A stretch of DNA of 57,435 nt, the filler included, from Dimargaris cristalligena (lineage: Eukaryota): assembly GCA_003614675.1 (NCBI GenBank). It is 5 parts of 5 records of this genome, joined end to end, with 100 filler letters (N's around TTAATTAATTAA, not from the genome) between each part and the next. Parts side by side here need not be neighbours in the genome. Positions count along the whole stretch, not along the records: positions 11,526 to 22,945 come from ML003115.1; positions 23,046 to 34,460 come from ML003116.1; 3 more parts are not named here. One strand, written 5' to 3'. A program made the position numbers and the translations under genes. The notes under the pieces were generated by a model. It was not told where the DNA came from. It saw nothing but the letters and a program-made list of their open reading frames with translations, and did not search any database. Of this stretch, positions 11,526 through 25,046 are shown piece after piece. The stretch's first letter is position 1, and the number at the start of each line of letters is the position of its first letter.

Positions 11526-13535
11526 GCAATATCGGCGGACATTTCACCGAGAGAGGTGCCTCCGACGGATAGCTTGGCATCAATCTTAGTGATTGACAAA
11601 TCGGCACCGAAGGGGTCTACAACGGTGAACCCACCACGGGCCACGCCGGTAGACGCCGTATCGTCGAGAACGGTAAGGCGGGTTTGGGGAATCAAAGTGA
11701 CATTGAGGCCGGGGATAGTGGCGGGCATCCGGATTTGGGATAGCCCAGGGTTAAGGGAATCCACGGCGCTGGACTTGGCGGTACCGGCAATCACGACATC
11801 ACTAGCCTCACCTGTGATGAACCGGGCGAGCATGTCCTTGCCGTCTTCCGAAGCCGACGGGTCGAAGGTGGCGAGGGCCGTGGCGTGAGTGACATTACGT
11901 TGCAAAGTCAGGTTGGACATGGCCACTTGGCCCACCGTCGTTTCCTTATAAAGCAGATCAAACGTCACATCGCCGGTACTGGATACCGGAAGGATTGGAA
12001 ATGGCTACCTTGATACCCAGCTGGAGGCCACCCTGATCGGGCTTACCGTCGGTCACATCGAGGCCTTCAATGACCAAAGGTGAGCTAGTTAAGCCCTGCA
12101 TGCCGACCAGGGTTGAGTTAACGTTGAAAGGTACGTTGGTCAGGGTCAGGTTGCCCACTGGGGTGTTGGCGCGGATTTCGGCGGCACCGGAGATACCTAA
12201 GTCGGCGTCCTTGGACAGAAGGATGTTTTGCACGAACTTATCGAAGATGCTGTCCATGCCGTCGACAACAGTCAGATCCGTCTCGGGAATACTGAACACC
12301 AGCAAGCCGTCGGAGGACACCTTGTTCTCCAGGATGGGGGCATCCTTCACGTTGATGGAGGCGATGGTGTTGTTGGCACCGGTGATATTGAGGGACTGGC
12401 TCACACCCTGAATGTCCAGAGTGAAATTGAAGGGAAGACGGACCCCCGTGTCCACTCGCTGGGAGGACATGCGAGGGGCATAGGCGGTTTCGGGAGTGAA
12501 GTCCAGGTCCATGTCCTCGATGTGAATGTCGTTGATGATATCAATCTTCTCGACCATGGCCAATGGCACATTGAGGTGCAGGGCGCGGATGGCGGGAGCT
12601 AGCCAATTGACGTTGTTCTCACCATCGGGCCACGCTGAAATACCACGGGCATCCACTATGATTTGCTCACCCCCCAGGAACTTGCTCATCAAAACGCCCA
12701 TATTGTCCAGGTCGGTGGCATTGGTCTGGGGCACCAACCGGCCGGTCAGGTTCATGACGGAGGAGCCCGAAGTAAGCACGGCATTGGTCGATTCAATGGG
12801 ACCCACGTAGGTGTTGTTGTAGTACATTTCCATGCGCAGGTGACCCAGGTCAATACCAAAGGGCGAAGGGTTATTGAGATTCATGGTGAGGGCCACCTTG
12901 ATACCGCCCTCGGGGTCGTCACCGGGCAGATCGAACTGGACGATTTCGAGGCCACTCAGGCCATTCATACCGGGGATTTTGATGGACTTACTGAGTTCAA
13001 TATCGTTACGAGTGAAGCCGACCGCGTGGACCCGCAGCTTGCCCTTGATGTCCCATTCGAACTCCTCGGCAGACAGGAGGGCGCCTACAAACTGACCGAA
13101 TACGGTCTGGTTCGCCAACTGGAACTCCTGGCTCTGCACGACCTCGCCATTGTCATCATCCACTGTCACAGGGTCCAGGTTCATCGTACCGAGCATCTGG
13201 TCGCGCCACCAGATTTGGACCGGTTCCACAAAAGTTAGGTCCGCCTTGTGCGAGCCGGTGTTTTCAAGGGCGATGTTCACATCGAGGCCGAGGGTGCCGT
13301 TTTGAGGGGTGTGGATCTGCAGGTTGCGGAAGGTCATGCTGCTGTCATCAATGGTGCCTTGGATAATGTTCTTGACACCTACGAAGATAACCAATAGCAC
13401 GATGAGGAGCACCGCGCAGATGGTGAAAGCGGCGCAGCCGAACCAAACGCGCTTGCGCTTGTACCATTTCCGGCGCAGCAACGACTGCTGTTCGGGGGCA
13501 CCGATGACCGGGGCATATTCGTCAGTGACAGACAT
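11526..13535 (-). CDS. DUF3712-repeat (Tag1-like) type II membrane protein, 3'-truncated by the contig end, with one frameshift near 11980
   Basis: Basic stretch RRKWYKRKR followed by a TM helix. Repeated units with NPSPFGIDLG, NPSG and DPFGADLSI motifs typical of DUF3712 proteins. ORFs 11958-13544 and 11474-11968 are colinear parts in different frames. Confidence 0.8.
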
Positions 13536-16500
13536 ATTTGCCAATCGATTAGTGAGACCGTCTTACGGGAAAATACTATCAGTTAAATCAAAAAAAAAAG
13601 GGGGTGGAAGGATTAAAGACAAACAACCCAAAGTATAACAGGGAAGGGATTATTACCAAAAGTAGTATAATGGTTGTAAAATGTTAATGTAGTGGTCTGT
13701 GTATATGGTGAATAGAGAGATATCTAGATAATAACGAACGCCTCTAACGAGATGCTGACAATGCGAAGTCAAGGTAAATAAACTGCCAACGCATGCGAAA
13801 GAGTACAAGGCAGCTGCCGGTAATATATCGGTTAAGGTAGCACAGGGCCTGGCTAGTTATTTATACCAAACCAGAGTAAACCGAACGTTATCACTTCAAG
13901 GCATGTTGCTTGTGATGCCGCGAATAGGTAAGCCGGGGAGGAGGGATACCCCCCTTCCACTCTCCAATACGAGGTGAATGAGGGCTAAACCACGATATTC
14001 AGGTGCCAGTTGAAATCCTCGGAGTACTAGGCGGGAAGAGTTGTGCGATAACTAATGCGTTGGAAAACAATTGGACCAGACCAGCATGGTATGTGTTTTG
14101 GCAACAGGTATATTGTAATATTATGGGGTTCCCGTGTCGACTGGTAGTTAGTTGTCTGCGCAGTCCCGTTTTCTAGTAAGCCAGTGAGCTACCAACTAGG
14201 TTGCCCCCACCACACCCTCTCCTAAGATCAGGCCAGTGGGAAAAATGAATAACATTGGTTCGATAGGGAAGGTGCCCCATGCGGGATTAAATATAACATA
14301 CTGATTTAGCTGGGGTTATCTATAGTATCTTCAGAAAATATACTTGGGTAGTAGAAAGTGTTCGCTGCACAGTGGTTTGACGTGTTCATAAATATCCCTG
14401 TGCGCTTACCTAACTGGCGGGTATGCTTGCGCGGAAAATAGGGAACCAATCGCCGTCATTTCAACCCGCGAGCCTATTTTGGACCCCTTTAATCCATCTC
14501 CAGAGTACTATTTTCCCATGGCCAATGTGCAGGAGGATTATTTTGCCGACGCCTCCCTTTCTTGTTTTCCTTCACACATAATATATATATATTACCTTCC
14601 CACTTGAGACTGCTAAAAGGGGCTTGGGTAGTCACAAGCCTAGGCATACGATTGGTGATAATCCGGCCTTCGCTTGAATAACCAATGGGCTGGTGTTGGA
14701 TGGAACAGTGGCCAAAGAGCATGCGCCACTCGAATCCTTGCACCTGCCCCTTGGGATAGCGGGTGGAATGATGTGGTTCGAGGGTTTTATTGGCTGTACA
14801 CTGTGTATTTTCCTTCTCTACCACCACTCCCAAGTCACACTCTCTCCTGCTATTAGCCAGTCTTAGTATTGGAATATCCCAATTTAGGTAATATACAATA
14901 TGCGGAGGAGAATATACAAGGCTGGTATGAGTAGTGGACGTGGTGTTTCAAAATGAGGCGGTAATAGGCCCCCACCGAAACAACCAACCAAATTATGAGA
15001 GGCCTACGACGAATCGATAATAGCCATTGGTTGGTTATAAAAGCTGATCACCAATGAACCTTGGTGATGCTGCTTGCTTTAGACCTATACTCAAACCTCT
15101 GAATTTTTGCGTATTAATCGTATTAGACATCAAATTCTATTAGCAAAGGGAGAAGTAGTTTAAGCGACTTTGGAGGGAGGCTCTTCTTTGTTGGATTTCG
15201 ATAATTTCGTCAATCGGAATTTCGACCATTCTCCCCTCACCTCCGGGCAGTCTATAGGACAGGGGCTTTAATAATGTCGGGGAGAAGCTCAATCTGTTTA
15301 AAATTGTCAATTGTGGCCAGCCCGCACTATCAATTCTCGGGTTATTCACCGGTCTTTCCTCCATTGGGCCCAGTTCCCAATTACACCGTAGCAATATACT
15401 TTAGATTACCGGTATGCCGTTAATACAGCTCATAGACACTCCTGCAGCGCTTGTTTAACCAGCCGTGTCTAGTATACCAGTGATACGCGCGCCAAATTGT
15501 GATCCATACCTAATATAAAAGGGCGAACTAACGCAGGCCCAATAGCCCGTCTTATACAATTGAGCTGCCATGAAATTCTAAGTTGTTCACTCAGTCCGAA
15601 CCAATCAGTGTGTGTTTTTTGTCGGGAATCTACTTTAATCACATTGTATTGGCGACCTCGTTCATTTATAGCAACTCCCTCTGTTTATTACCTCCAAATG
15701 ACCAATCCTGTGCTCATCCAAACTACTGTTATCCATCACTGTTCCCCCACTTTCCTATTGGACTTTATAATTAGATTTTTATTGGGTCCTGCTAATATTA
15801 GAAAAATACCCTCTTGGCCCGTCTTTCGAAACTTTAGTTGGCGATAGTAACAGGTAATGGGGGTGACGGCTGCAAGCTCGTTTTATTGGAGTATGCTGTT
15901 TAAAGATGAATCCCCTCATTTCTGGCCGCCGGGATTTGCTTTGGTATGGGACAATAACCGGCATATGTACCCCCACCTCCACTTATAATTCAGTAAAACA
16001 AATAGGGAGTCTTTATCCGACGATCCTGTCCTATCGAAATCACCCCCGACTACACAGAAAGCGGCTGTACAGATCCGCTATGAAGTGCACTGTTAATCAT
16101 TTTAGCCGAAGTATTTCCTTGAGCAGTATTTCTTGAACCAATATGACAATGGCGCTTACAGTTATATGCAAGTTCATAATTCATCAAAGTCGAGTTTAAT
16201 ACAAGCCCCGGATTTTTCAAGCATACATCTCACGCATATTAGCACGGAGCTTCTCCATCCAAAGAAAATAATCGAGGTCTCCATCAGCCAGCCTCGATAT
16301 GTGATTATTCCGTAGCGAAAAGAGCAGGCTGTTGACAATGCCCCACTATGTTGTCATTGGACCCAACCCATTGGGTTGCAACGTGTGAAAATAAACCCCC
16401 AGCCTTAAGCCCGCATTAGCTCGTTATGAGAAATAAATTTGTAAGTAAATCATACAGTAATGTTTCCCCATATCTCCTTGGCACCGAGGTCTTCGAAGGG

Positions 16501-16910
16501 GGAGGCTTACACGTAGCCCCCTTTATCCACTGTTTGATTCAATGCAATTTTATAATTATCCAGATATTAAATCAAGCGACAACTGGCGCCTGATCTTTCG
16601 ATTTGCTTACTCTACAAACATTGCGACTCATCAGAGATACCGCTGCTGCCAATTGTAGGGGGGCGGAGGCACGCCTGGGAAACTCTTGCCTAATTCCATG
16701 CTTTGTATGTGCCTAATCTGGCTTGGCGTGCGGGACTCAATGAAACCGAAATTGCAGGTGCCACAATTTGGTAATTTTATTTATTCGAGATACTTAGCTG
16801 ATTGGCCATAGTTCAATGCCACAGGCATCATGCGACTTACGTAACGCGGGGTATGCCATTGGGGAAAAGGGTTAATAGGTTCAGCTATTTCTATTACTGC
16901 TTTCACCAGG

Positions 16911-17054
16911 ATATGGGAGAGATTCAACTGAGCCGTATAACGAAAAATCCGTTAGATGAAGCAAATACTACTAGTTAAAAATAAATCTCCCATACATTAT
17001 CCCATACACTTACCATTTAAACCCTTATACAGCTGGGCCGAATTTCACCCATAT
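16911..17054 (+). mobile_element. MITE family B copy 1 (144 bp)
   Basis: ATATGGGAGAGATTCAACTGAGCCGTATAA...TTATACAGCTGGGCCGAATTTCACCCATAT: imperfect ~30-bp terminal inverted repeats (TIRs). Homologous to three other copies in the window. Confidence 0.8.
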
Positions 17055-18813
17055 AGAGGTGCTGATCTACTGGGTAATTTACCCCTTTCTTTTCTCCCCT
17101 TCATTGACATGGGCTCACGACGGAGAGCCCGGCAAGGCATAATACGGCATGGCGATATCATTGGTTTCCTTAGTCTGACAAATGAGCCGGTCGTCCTAGT
17201 GACCATATTTTCCCAGCAATTCACCGCCTAACGAGTGAGAGGTAAGAAGCTACAACCCAGCCTAGTCTAAAATACACCCACATCAAGTGAGCCAGCGAGG
17301 TAGTTAGTCGCTAAATGGTAAAGTGCGGGAGCTCTATTTTCAACATTGGTCATTTAGATATATCACAAGTCTCTGGTACAGAGTTTCTACACATCGCAGT
17401 TAAAACGATGTCTAACCATTAGGAAAATTGTCTAACTCCATCATGAAAACCAGGGTGATAAGGGGATTTCTTCGCCAGACAATACAAGGCTGACCATTCT
17501 AACGGCTGTATAAACCGCTAACTATTTTAGGTTTCCCTGTGGGTGACCAATACCGTCAGTCAAAATCAGCCCAGCTCCCCAAAGTCCCTTTGAGTCGATA
17601 AATACCAATCACCTAATTAGGCATAAAATAGGCCGGAGGTTCGCTCTACACTACCATCCTTCACCGCCCTGCATCCACTATGATGTTAGCCGCTGTGTTT
17701 AATGGTAAATGATGCATAGTTAATGTGGAGGTCCACAAAGATTAACTCGGGACATGGTCTGCTGCCAGTTTTATTGCGAATCGTCCACACCATACCCTCC
17801 AAGTAAACGAATTACAGTTGTTGGTGATGGAATAGTGGGGAAGGTGATTGTCTGCTAGTCCGGTTCAACCCTTGCTGATAAACACAGGTGGTTCAATGGC
17901 CTTTTTTTGTGAGATTCGGCCATATCAGATAGGGTGGGGTTGGCATTATGGCAACCTTGGTGGTGTAATACTATTGGACAGAACGTGGTGTTGAGTGCCC
18001 CAAGGGATCCCTGCAGAACTGCCTTGTAATTAAGGCAGGCTTTAGCACCATTATGGGCATTGCTAATCACATGGGTCGAAGGGATATAGTACCAATATCA
18101 CCTGGTGTTTTTGATTGTCCCAAAAGCCGAACTAATAATGACCATGCCAGCCCAGGTCAGGCTTATTGATTGGGTGAGCTCGGATATGTGTTGGGAAAAT
18201 TCCGGACAACTGGCTAAGTACCTTTGGAAAGCCCGGCGTAAGCCGTGAGTACGGGATAAGAGTGACTCACCATAACAGGAGCTAGCGGGGATCTGTACAT
18301 ACAATGATGGTAGTGGGGCCTGCACTGGCCAATATGTTACAGCATGGTACGGCCATAATAGATACTGTATGTTCATATTGCGACAGGGCTTTGCACTAAT
18401 TACAATGGCAGTGATCTAAGTTCGCCCCAACACTATATCCCTTAATCCGTACCCTACGCAGCTATGTATGGTTAGCTGGTTGCTTGTGACTTCCCACAAA
18501 ATATCAATCGATATTTTACACGTGAAGCAACTTGGCGTCTGCCTCGTTTGGCCCAAAGGGTTTTAATTGTAAAAGTCCCCCAAGGAAAAGGGGCCTCATG
18601 TGAGGGTTTGGTACGCGACACGTGAATGGGCCAGAATTTGAAACGTGACAATCCAAGCCAAGAATGGTATCTGCTACCCTTGACCTCCCAATCATGGCAC
18701 TAGGTTCACAAGGAGCGGTCGGTGAAGTCTGGTGCTGGTATTTCCGTGTGGATGCAACTAAATGGAATAACCGGTAGAAGGGCCCTGGCCTTTTAAACCC
18801 TCTACAGAGTTTT

Positions 18814-18957
18814 ATATGGGAGAAGTTCATTCAGGCCGTATAATGAAACATCCATTGGATGAGGCCCATATTACTGGTTAAAAGCTATCCTCACATATAT
18901 TAGTCCATACACGTATTATGTACAACCTTATACAGCTGATTTGAATTTCATCCATAT
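18814..18957 (+). mobile_element. MITE family B copy 2 (144 bp)
   Basis: ATATGGGAGAAGTTCATTCAGGCCGTATAA...TTATACAGCTGATTTGAATTTCATCCATAT. Confidence 0.85.
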
Positions 18958-19519
18958 TCAAAATCGCGCAGCCATGTGTTCTGGCTATTATGTAGGCTTA
19001 TATATTCGGCTTAAGCCAATGAGGCAACTGGGACGCATGATTTATTTTATGGAATATAGAGGATGCCTTGCAAGCTGACTACAGATAATGGCAGGAATTT
19101 GTACCAAGAAATATAAGCGGCCCCCTCCCGTTGGCACAGTTGAAGGTGATTATGAATAACAATGATATCATTATTCCTTACTGAACTGGTACTTGGGAGG
19201 CTGGTGAACCTAGGAAAAGCCATTGGAAGCCAATGACCCCCCCCTAGCCACACAATACTCTCGACCCCTGGAAGTCAGTACTGCGCACCAGGAATGCCAA
19301 AATCGGCGTTGGAAATGGAGGACCCAATGAGGGTAAGTCAGTCAATCTGCACAGGTTGTTCACACCGAAATTACTGACGTTGACAAAGAAGCATTGTCTG
19401 CCCGCTATTTCTGCTTTCGTTGTGTATCGCATTTTCCAGGCGCTTGTTTTCTTTCCCAATCTACATTTCCATATTTCCATTGGGCTGAGGCCATCCCACA
19501 TCCATCACCGACCAACCCC

Positions 19520-22500
19520 ATGTTCACCGACCCCGCTACAGACATCTTTTCCCTTGACCGGGTCCAATTCGACCTGAGTACTCGGCTCATTTGTGCCTGC
19601 GTGTCCAACAACATCTTGGTGCTGGCCCTTGAAAACAACCACATTCTACGCATCGACCTGCAACAGGCGACTGCGATTGATAGTAAGTGGTTATGTAGTA
19701 AACGTATGAACTTGTTGCATTGGGTACCAAGTCTAAATAAGGAAGGGCCTGCCCGCCTGGCGCAGTCCCCGCTTCTCTTGCCTTATCTACTAACTCATTA
19801 GATGTCATTCTTGCTACTATCGCTGGTTATGAATGGGTGGGGGTATGCTTCACTGGTCTACCGATGACCTACTGTGCTACTAGATGTCGAGCTTCCTCGC
19901 AAAAGCAATGAACTACGAATCCACCGGCTCTTCACTGACCCCACTGGGCGCCACATCATTATTGGCACAGAGCAGGGCGAGAATTACTACCTATACCAGG
20001 CCTGGCAGAAGCCCAAGCTTTTATCCCGCCTCAAGAATACCGTAATCGAGTCGGTGGCTTGGAATAAAGGCGGCGGTAAATCTAGTCGACCATCGACCTT
20101 GGCCATTTTACTGGGCACCCAAGATGGTCGGATTTTGGAAACCGAAATTGAGCCCACCGAGGAGTTTTTTAGGCGCGAGGAAAAGTACCTCAAGTTGTTA
20201 TATACCATCCCTGAGCCGGCACCCATCGCTGGTCTACACTATGAGTCCTTTCCGGCCACCCCGCGCAAGTACTTTGTGCTGGCTGCCACCGCCAGTCGTA
20301 TCTACCAATTCGTCGGTGTCGTTGATTTCCATATAGCCGGCGGAGCTGGTCCTGGGTCTGACGGGCGGGATCAGTCAATGGCCGACACATCCGGCGACGG
20401 TGGAAGCATGTTCGAATCTCTATTTCGGCCATATGCCAATCAACCAGGTAGCTTTTATTATCCGGATTCCACTATATGATTACCCGTGGGCCTTGGGTGG
20501 CTGAGGGCTGACCAATTCACCCATTGCCCCGAACCGCAACGTTAGGCACACCTTAACGCGGACGACCTAGCAAATTTCCAGCATTAGGCCACCATTTATT
20601 AATGTTTCCATGATTTATTTTTCTTTAATTGTACCTCCCATCCATCTATTTTCCGCGAGTGCAGTGTTTCAAGAAATCCCCGGCGATATTTCTCACACAG
20701 AGCTGTGTTTGTTCAGCAAATTGCAGGACGTGGCCTACCAAAGTGTCGCCGAGAAGTTTGCCTGGTTGACTGGATCGGGTGTATATCACGGCCAATTGGT
20801 CTACGGCTCCCAGGGAACCGGTGACAGCGTTGTCTCGGATCCGGTGCTACTGCCGTAAGTTGTTGTTATTTCTTCCACCTTGTTGCACTACTGTCCCATC
20901 TAAAATTTACTGGCATAATTCATCCTGCCATTTCTAATTTGGCCAATACGGGGTTAGTATACTGGTGATCAATTTTATGAATCGTCTACTTTTATTGTTT
21001 TTTATACAACAATGCAACCGCCACCACCCCCGCCAGTTACCCACGGGATCATCCTACCTCCGGCACCTCGGTGGAGGGGCCTGAAGCACCAATCTCCATG
21101 GCCCTCACCGAGTTCCATATTATATTACTATACCGACACTCTGTGAAGGCGGTGTGCCTACTGAACGATGAAGTGGTTTACGAAGAGACCATCAACATGG
21201 CAAGTGTTTATATACTGTATAACCCTATACCTATCTCCATGTGATTGTCTATACCGTAGATTACATCGATATCAACCATTTAATTTGTCTCATTGGCACT
21301 TATGTATATCGTTTACTAACTATTGTATTGATTTCCTGATGCACATGTACAGGGGTATGGTGAGCGCGCACTTGGACTCAGTGTGGATTCGACCCACAAT
21401 ACGTATTGGGTATTTACCCCATCATCCGTGTTTGAGCTCATTATCCACAATGAAGACCGCGACGTTTGGAAGATTTATTTGCAGAAACGCATGTATGATA
21501 CGGCTTTCCAACACGCCAAAGTAGGTTGCTTATTAGAATCTATATTTTTATTTTTCGCTGTGTCCATCTACTGACCTCTGGACTAATTTCATTATTCGTC
21601 CAATTACAATCCATTGCTCTTACTATCATTTTACTTTCTGTAGAATCCTGCTGAAAAGAATCACATCCTAGGCGCCCAAGCAGACCATTACTACACCCAG
21701 GGTCGCTATGTTTTGTCGGCCACCTATTACGCACAAACCACCCGGAATTTTGAGGAAGTTACCCTAAAGTTTGCAGGCCAAAATGACCAGGAAGCACTCA
21801 AGTGCTACTTATCCAAAAAATTGGAGCACCTTAAGGCAAATGTAAGTTAAGCCTAGATAGTTCTGGTGGAGGTATCCAGGGGTTCGTTAAGCTACGTATT
21901 TACCTTTACAAGGCCCGCTTTACCTACCACTGGCACTGCATAGGCCATTAGCTGCCAAGGTATATACTGTATCTACACTTTTCCCCCCTATATAACCATA
22001 TACATATATATATCTATAATTGTATGACTGCCTTCGTACCCACGTTATATCCAGAATATTACCCAAATCACGCTGCTGAGCACCTGGTTGATTGAAATTT
22101 ATCTCAACCAACTTAACCAATTTGATGCTCGACTAAGGTCACAACCAAGCGGCGACTCGCCCGAGCGAGCCAATTTGGAAGCTGAAAAGCAGAGTTCACG
22201 CCAGGATCTCGACTCCCTACTACGGACCTATAAGAGGAACCTTGATAGACGCACCACCTATGCCCTATTGCGGAGTCATGGGCGTCACGACGTGCTGCTT
22301 GACTATGCCGCCCTTTTAGGCGATTATGAACAGGTGATTGCCCACTGGATAACTGAACGGCAGTATGAGCAGGCCATTGACGTCCTCAGTCGACATGGGT
22401 CCCCATCGCTGTTCTACAAGTACACCCCCACTCTGCTCCGATGGTGCCCCGAGGACATGGTCCAAGTTCTAATGCGGCAATCTGACCTTGCCCCACGCCA

Positions 22501-22945
22501 GCTGATCCCGGCCTTTCTCAAGTACCAGGAAACCCGGGGCCAGATCGACCAGCCTAACCAGGTTATTCGCTACCTTACTTTTATCATCCACAAGCAGCAT
22601 AACCGGGATCCGGTCCTGCACAACTACTTGCTGTCCGTGTACGCCACCCAGGCCACTCGCTGCGAGACCGCCCTTTTGGAGTTTCTGGCTAACGAAGGGC
22701 AGGGTATGCACTACGATGTCGACTACGCCCTCCGCCTTTGCCGCAAGAACCAGCGCATCCAAAGCTGTGTCCACCTTTATAGTATGATGGGCCAGTACGA
22801 GGATGCGGTCGACCTGGCGTTGGCCCACCAGGATTTAGAGTTGGCCCAAATTAATGCCGACAAGCCGGAAGATCGACCCGACCTCCGCAAGCGCCTCTGG
22901 CTGAAAATCGCCCGCCACGTGGTGGAGAAAACCCATGATGTTACA
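19520..22945 (+). CDS. VPS18: Vps18/Pep3 (HOPS/CORVET subunit), 3'-truncated; exons 19520-19682, 19884-20447, 20665-20854, 21037-21199, 21353-21520, 21644-21841, 22055-22945
   Basis: Motifs LFTDPTGRHIII, IESVAWN, ILLGT..G.ILE, FAWLTGSGVYHG, SMALTEFHIILLY, NEDRDVWKIYL, FEEVTLKF, YDVDYALRLC, RKRLWLKIARHVV. All six introns restore the reading frame. Confidence 0.95.
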
Positions 22946-23045
22946 NNNNNNNNNNNNNNNNNNNNNNNNNNNNNNNNNNNNNNNNNNNNTTAATTAATTA
23001 ANNNNNNNNNNNNNNNNNNNNNNNNNNNNNNNNNNNNNNNNNNNN
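22946..23045. other. Artificial contig spacer
   Basis: N44-TTAATTAATTAA-N44. Confidence 0.99.
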
Positions 23046-23105
23046 ATAAGTGAGAAAAATGGATTAAAAATAAAAGTAGGTAAAAAATGTGGTAAGTTCA
23101 CCACA
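23046..23105 (-). repeat. Contig-end repeat with hairpin, copy 2
   Basis: Its reverse complement matches 11361-11420. Confidence 0.8.
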
Positions 23106-25046
23106 GGGGGTATAAGGTGAGGAGCCAACAGATTGTAACCTGGATGGGATATATATATCTATATACATATATCTTAGTGGTGAGTCATCCTGAACTCCTA
23201 ATGGTGACATTAATTAAAGGCTCTTGGTATCTGGAAGGCTTATGTAAAAGGCTTTTTAGTAGAGTAAGACCTATCATGTATAGATTAGTTATTTGCAAAA
23301 ATTACAACCTTCTTGAGTCAAATTAGCTGAACCTTCAATATAAATAAAGGGCAAATAGTTGTAAAGACCAATATATACCTTTGATTCTGTAATTATACCT
23401 ATTAGTAAAAATTCTAGTACTATGATATAGACTGGGTGTAAATATCAGGATATGTGTGTGTATATAAAGCTCAACTATTACCAGTGTGACATGGTAGTGA
23501 GTATTTTTGGCATTACAGCTCTTATGTGCTACAAATCTAGATATGTGAGCAACTTGGGCCACATACCATCATTTATCCATGATAAATGGATGGGAACAAT
23601 GTAGCTTTACCAAGAAAATGACCGATGAGGATGCACAAATATAGCCAGTTTAAGCTTAACATAAAAGGAAAACTACCCAATTTGATGGAATGGGCCTTAC
23701 TGGTGTAAAACTAGAATAGTGTCTGCACTCTCACCTCTATTCTAAACAGCCTTTGATATCTGAGCTGAACTCTGCCCACGTAGCTACCACACATAATGGC
23801 CCTAGCTGAAGTAACACTGGCACTGGTCGCAGTTTCTAAATTATTGAAAACAATATGGCTGTGAAGACTAGTAAGGTCTTGGACTACCTCAGTACCTAGA
23901 AAGCTCGAAATCGAAATATGGTGCCATAAGAAACACCATCAACGGCTTAATCAATTTTAGTCACGTGAATGGCGCAGTCCAGATATGATTTTCAACAAAC
24001 CCCTCCTTCCTTCCTTCCCTAAATACTCCTTACCCTTTCCAAAACGCCATTTTGTAATTTGGGAGTGACTTCACATTGATGATGGTTCAGTTGATTGGCA
24101 TAACCACTGATCCCAACAATGGAGCTTATAGAAGGCGTCCCTCCCCCATTCTGTATCGGCCGGTGCACCTGGGAGGAGGCTAGAGCTCTAGTTGGCTGGT
24201 GATCAAACGGTGTATCAACTGCCTGTTTTCGCGGTACTCTGCACACAGATGGAATTACGGGTCAGGAAATTGCTGTCGTTGCGGCTACTAAAGGGGTATA
24301 CTATACTGGTCGATGGCCAGCGTAATCAATCATTCAGCCATTAGTTGGCCCTATGGCGGCTGTAATCGAGGCTGACCGCACAAATCCCTGACGATAATAC
24401 CACCAACGTTTGGGACACAGGGTATTGGGGGGATGGGCTGATGGGTTAGCTAGTAAGGGGATAGGCCATTCTGACCATCCGCTCCTATCTTTCGAAGTAT
24501 CGACAAGAGAGAATTTCCTTTTTTATAATTCGGAACCACTATTACTCACACATTCCTTCTCTCTTCCGCCGGTTCCCTCGCCCACACTGCCGTTGGCATC
24601 GTCCTATTACTACTGGACCAATCAACGGCCGGTTCTTTCAACCCAATGGAACTTGGGAGAAACCGAGGGACGCGGTGAGCCTGTCGGGGAAGGCGGAACC
24701 GTAAAGTTTAATTGGTTTTCAGATCGCACCTATCACCATCCATGCTTCCCCCCCCGGTAGGCAAGGGGGGGGAGTTTCACCCTGGCTGTGTGCAGTACGG
24801 GGGAATCTCTCCCCTCTTTTTTCAGCGTCATCGTACGAGAGTCTACTTGGCCGAAAATAGCATACATTATCTAGGAGAGGATGTATGCGCCCAAATGGGG
24901 TGAATGCGCTTGGCCTTGGGGCGAGTCATATATATCTAGATCACCACCCACGCTCCCTTTGCCGCCAGAGTCCTTTTGTTCTCAACCGCTTTAGTTCGTT
25001 CATCCCACTCTCTTTCCTTTTCCCCCTTCCCTCCCTTTAAGTCATC

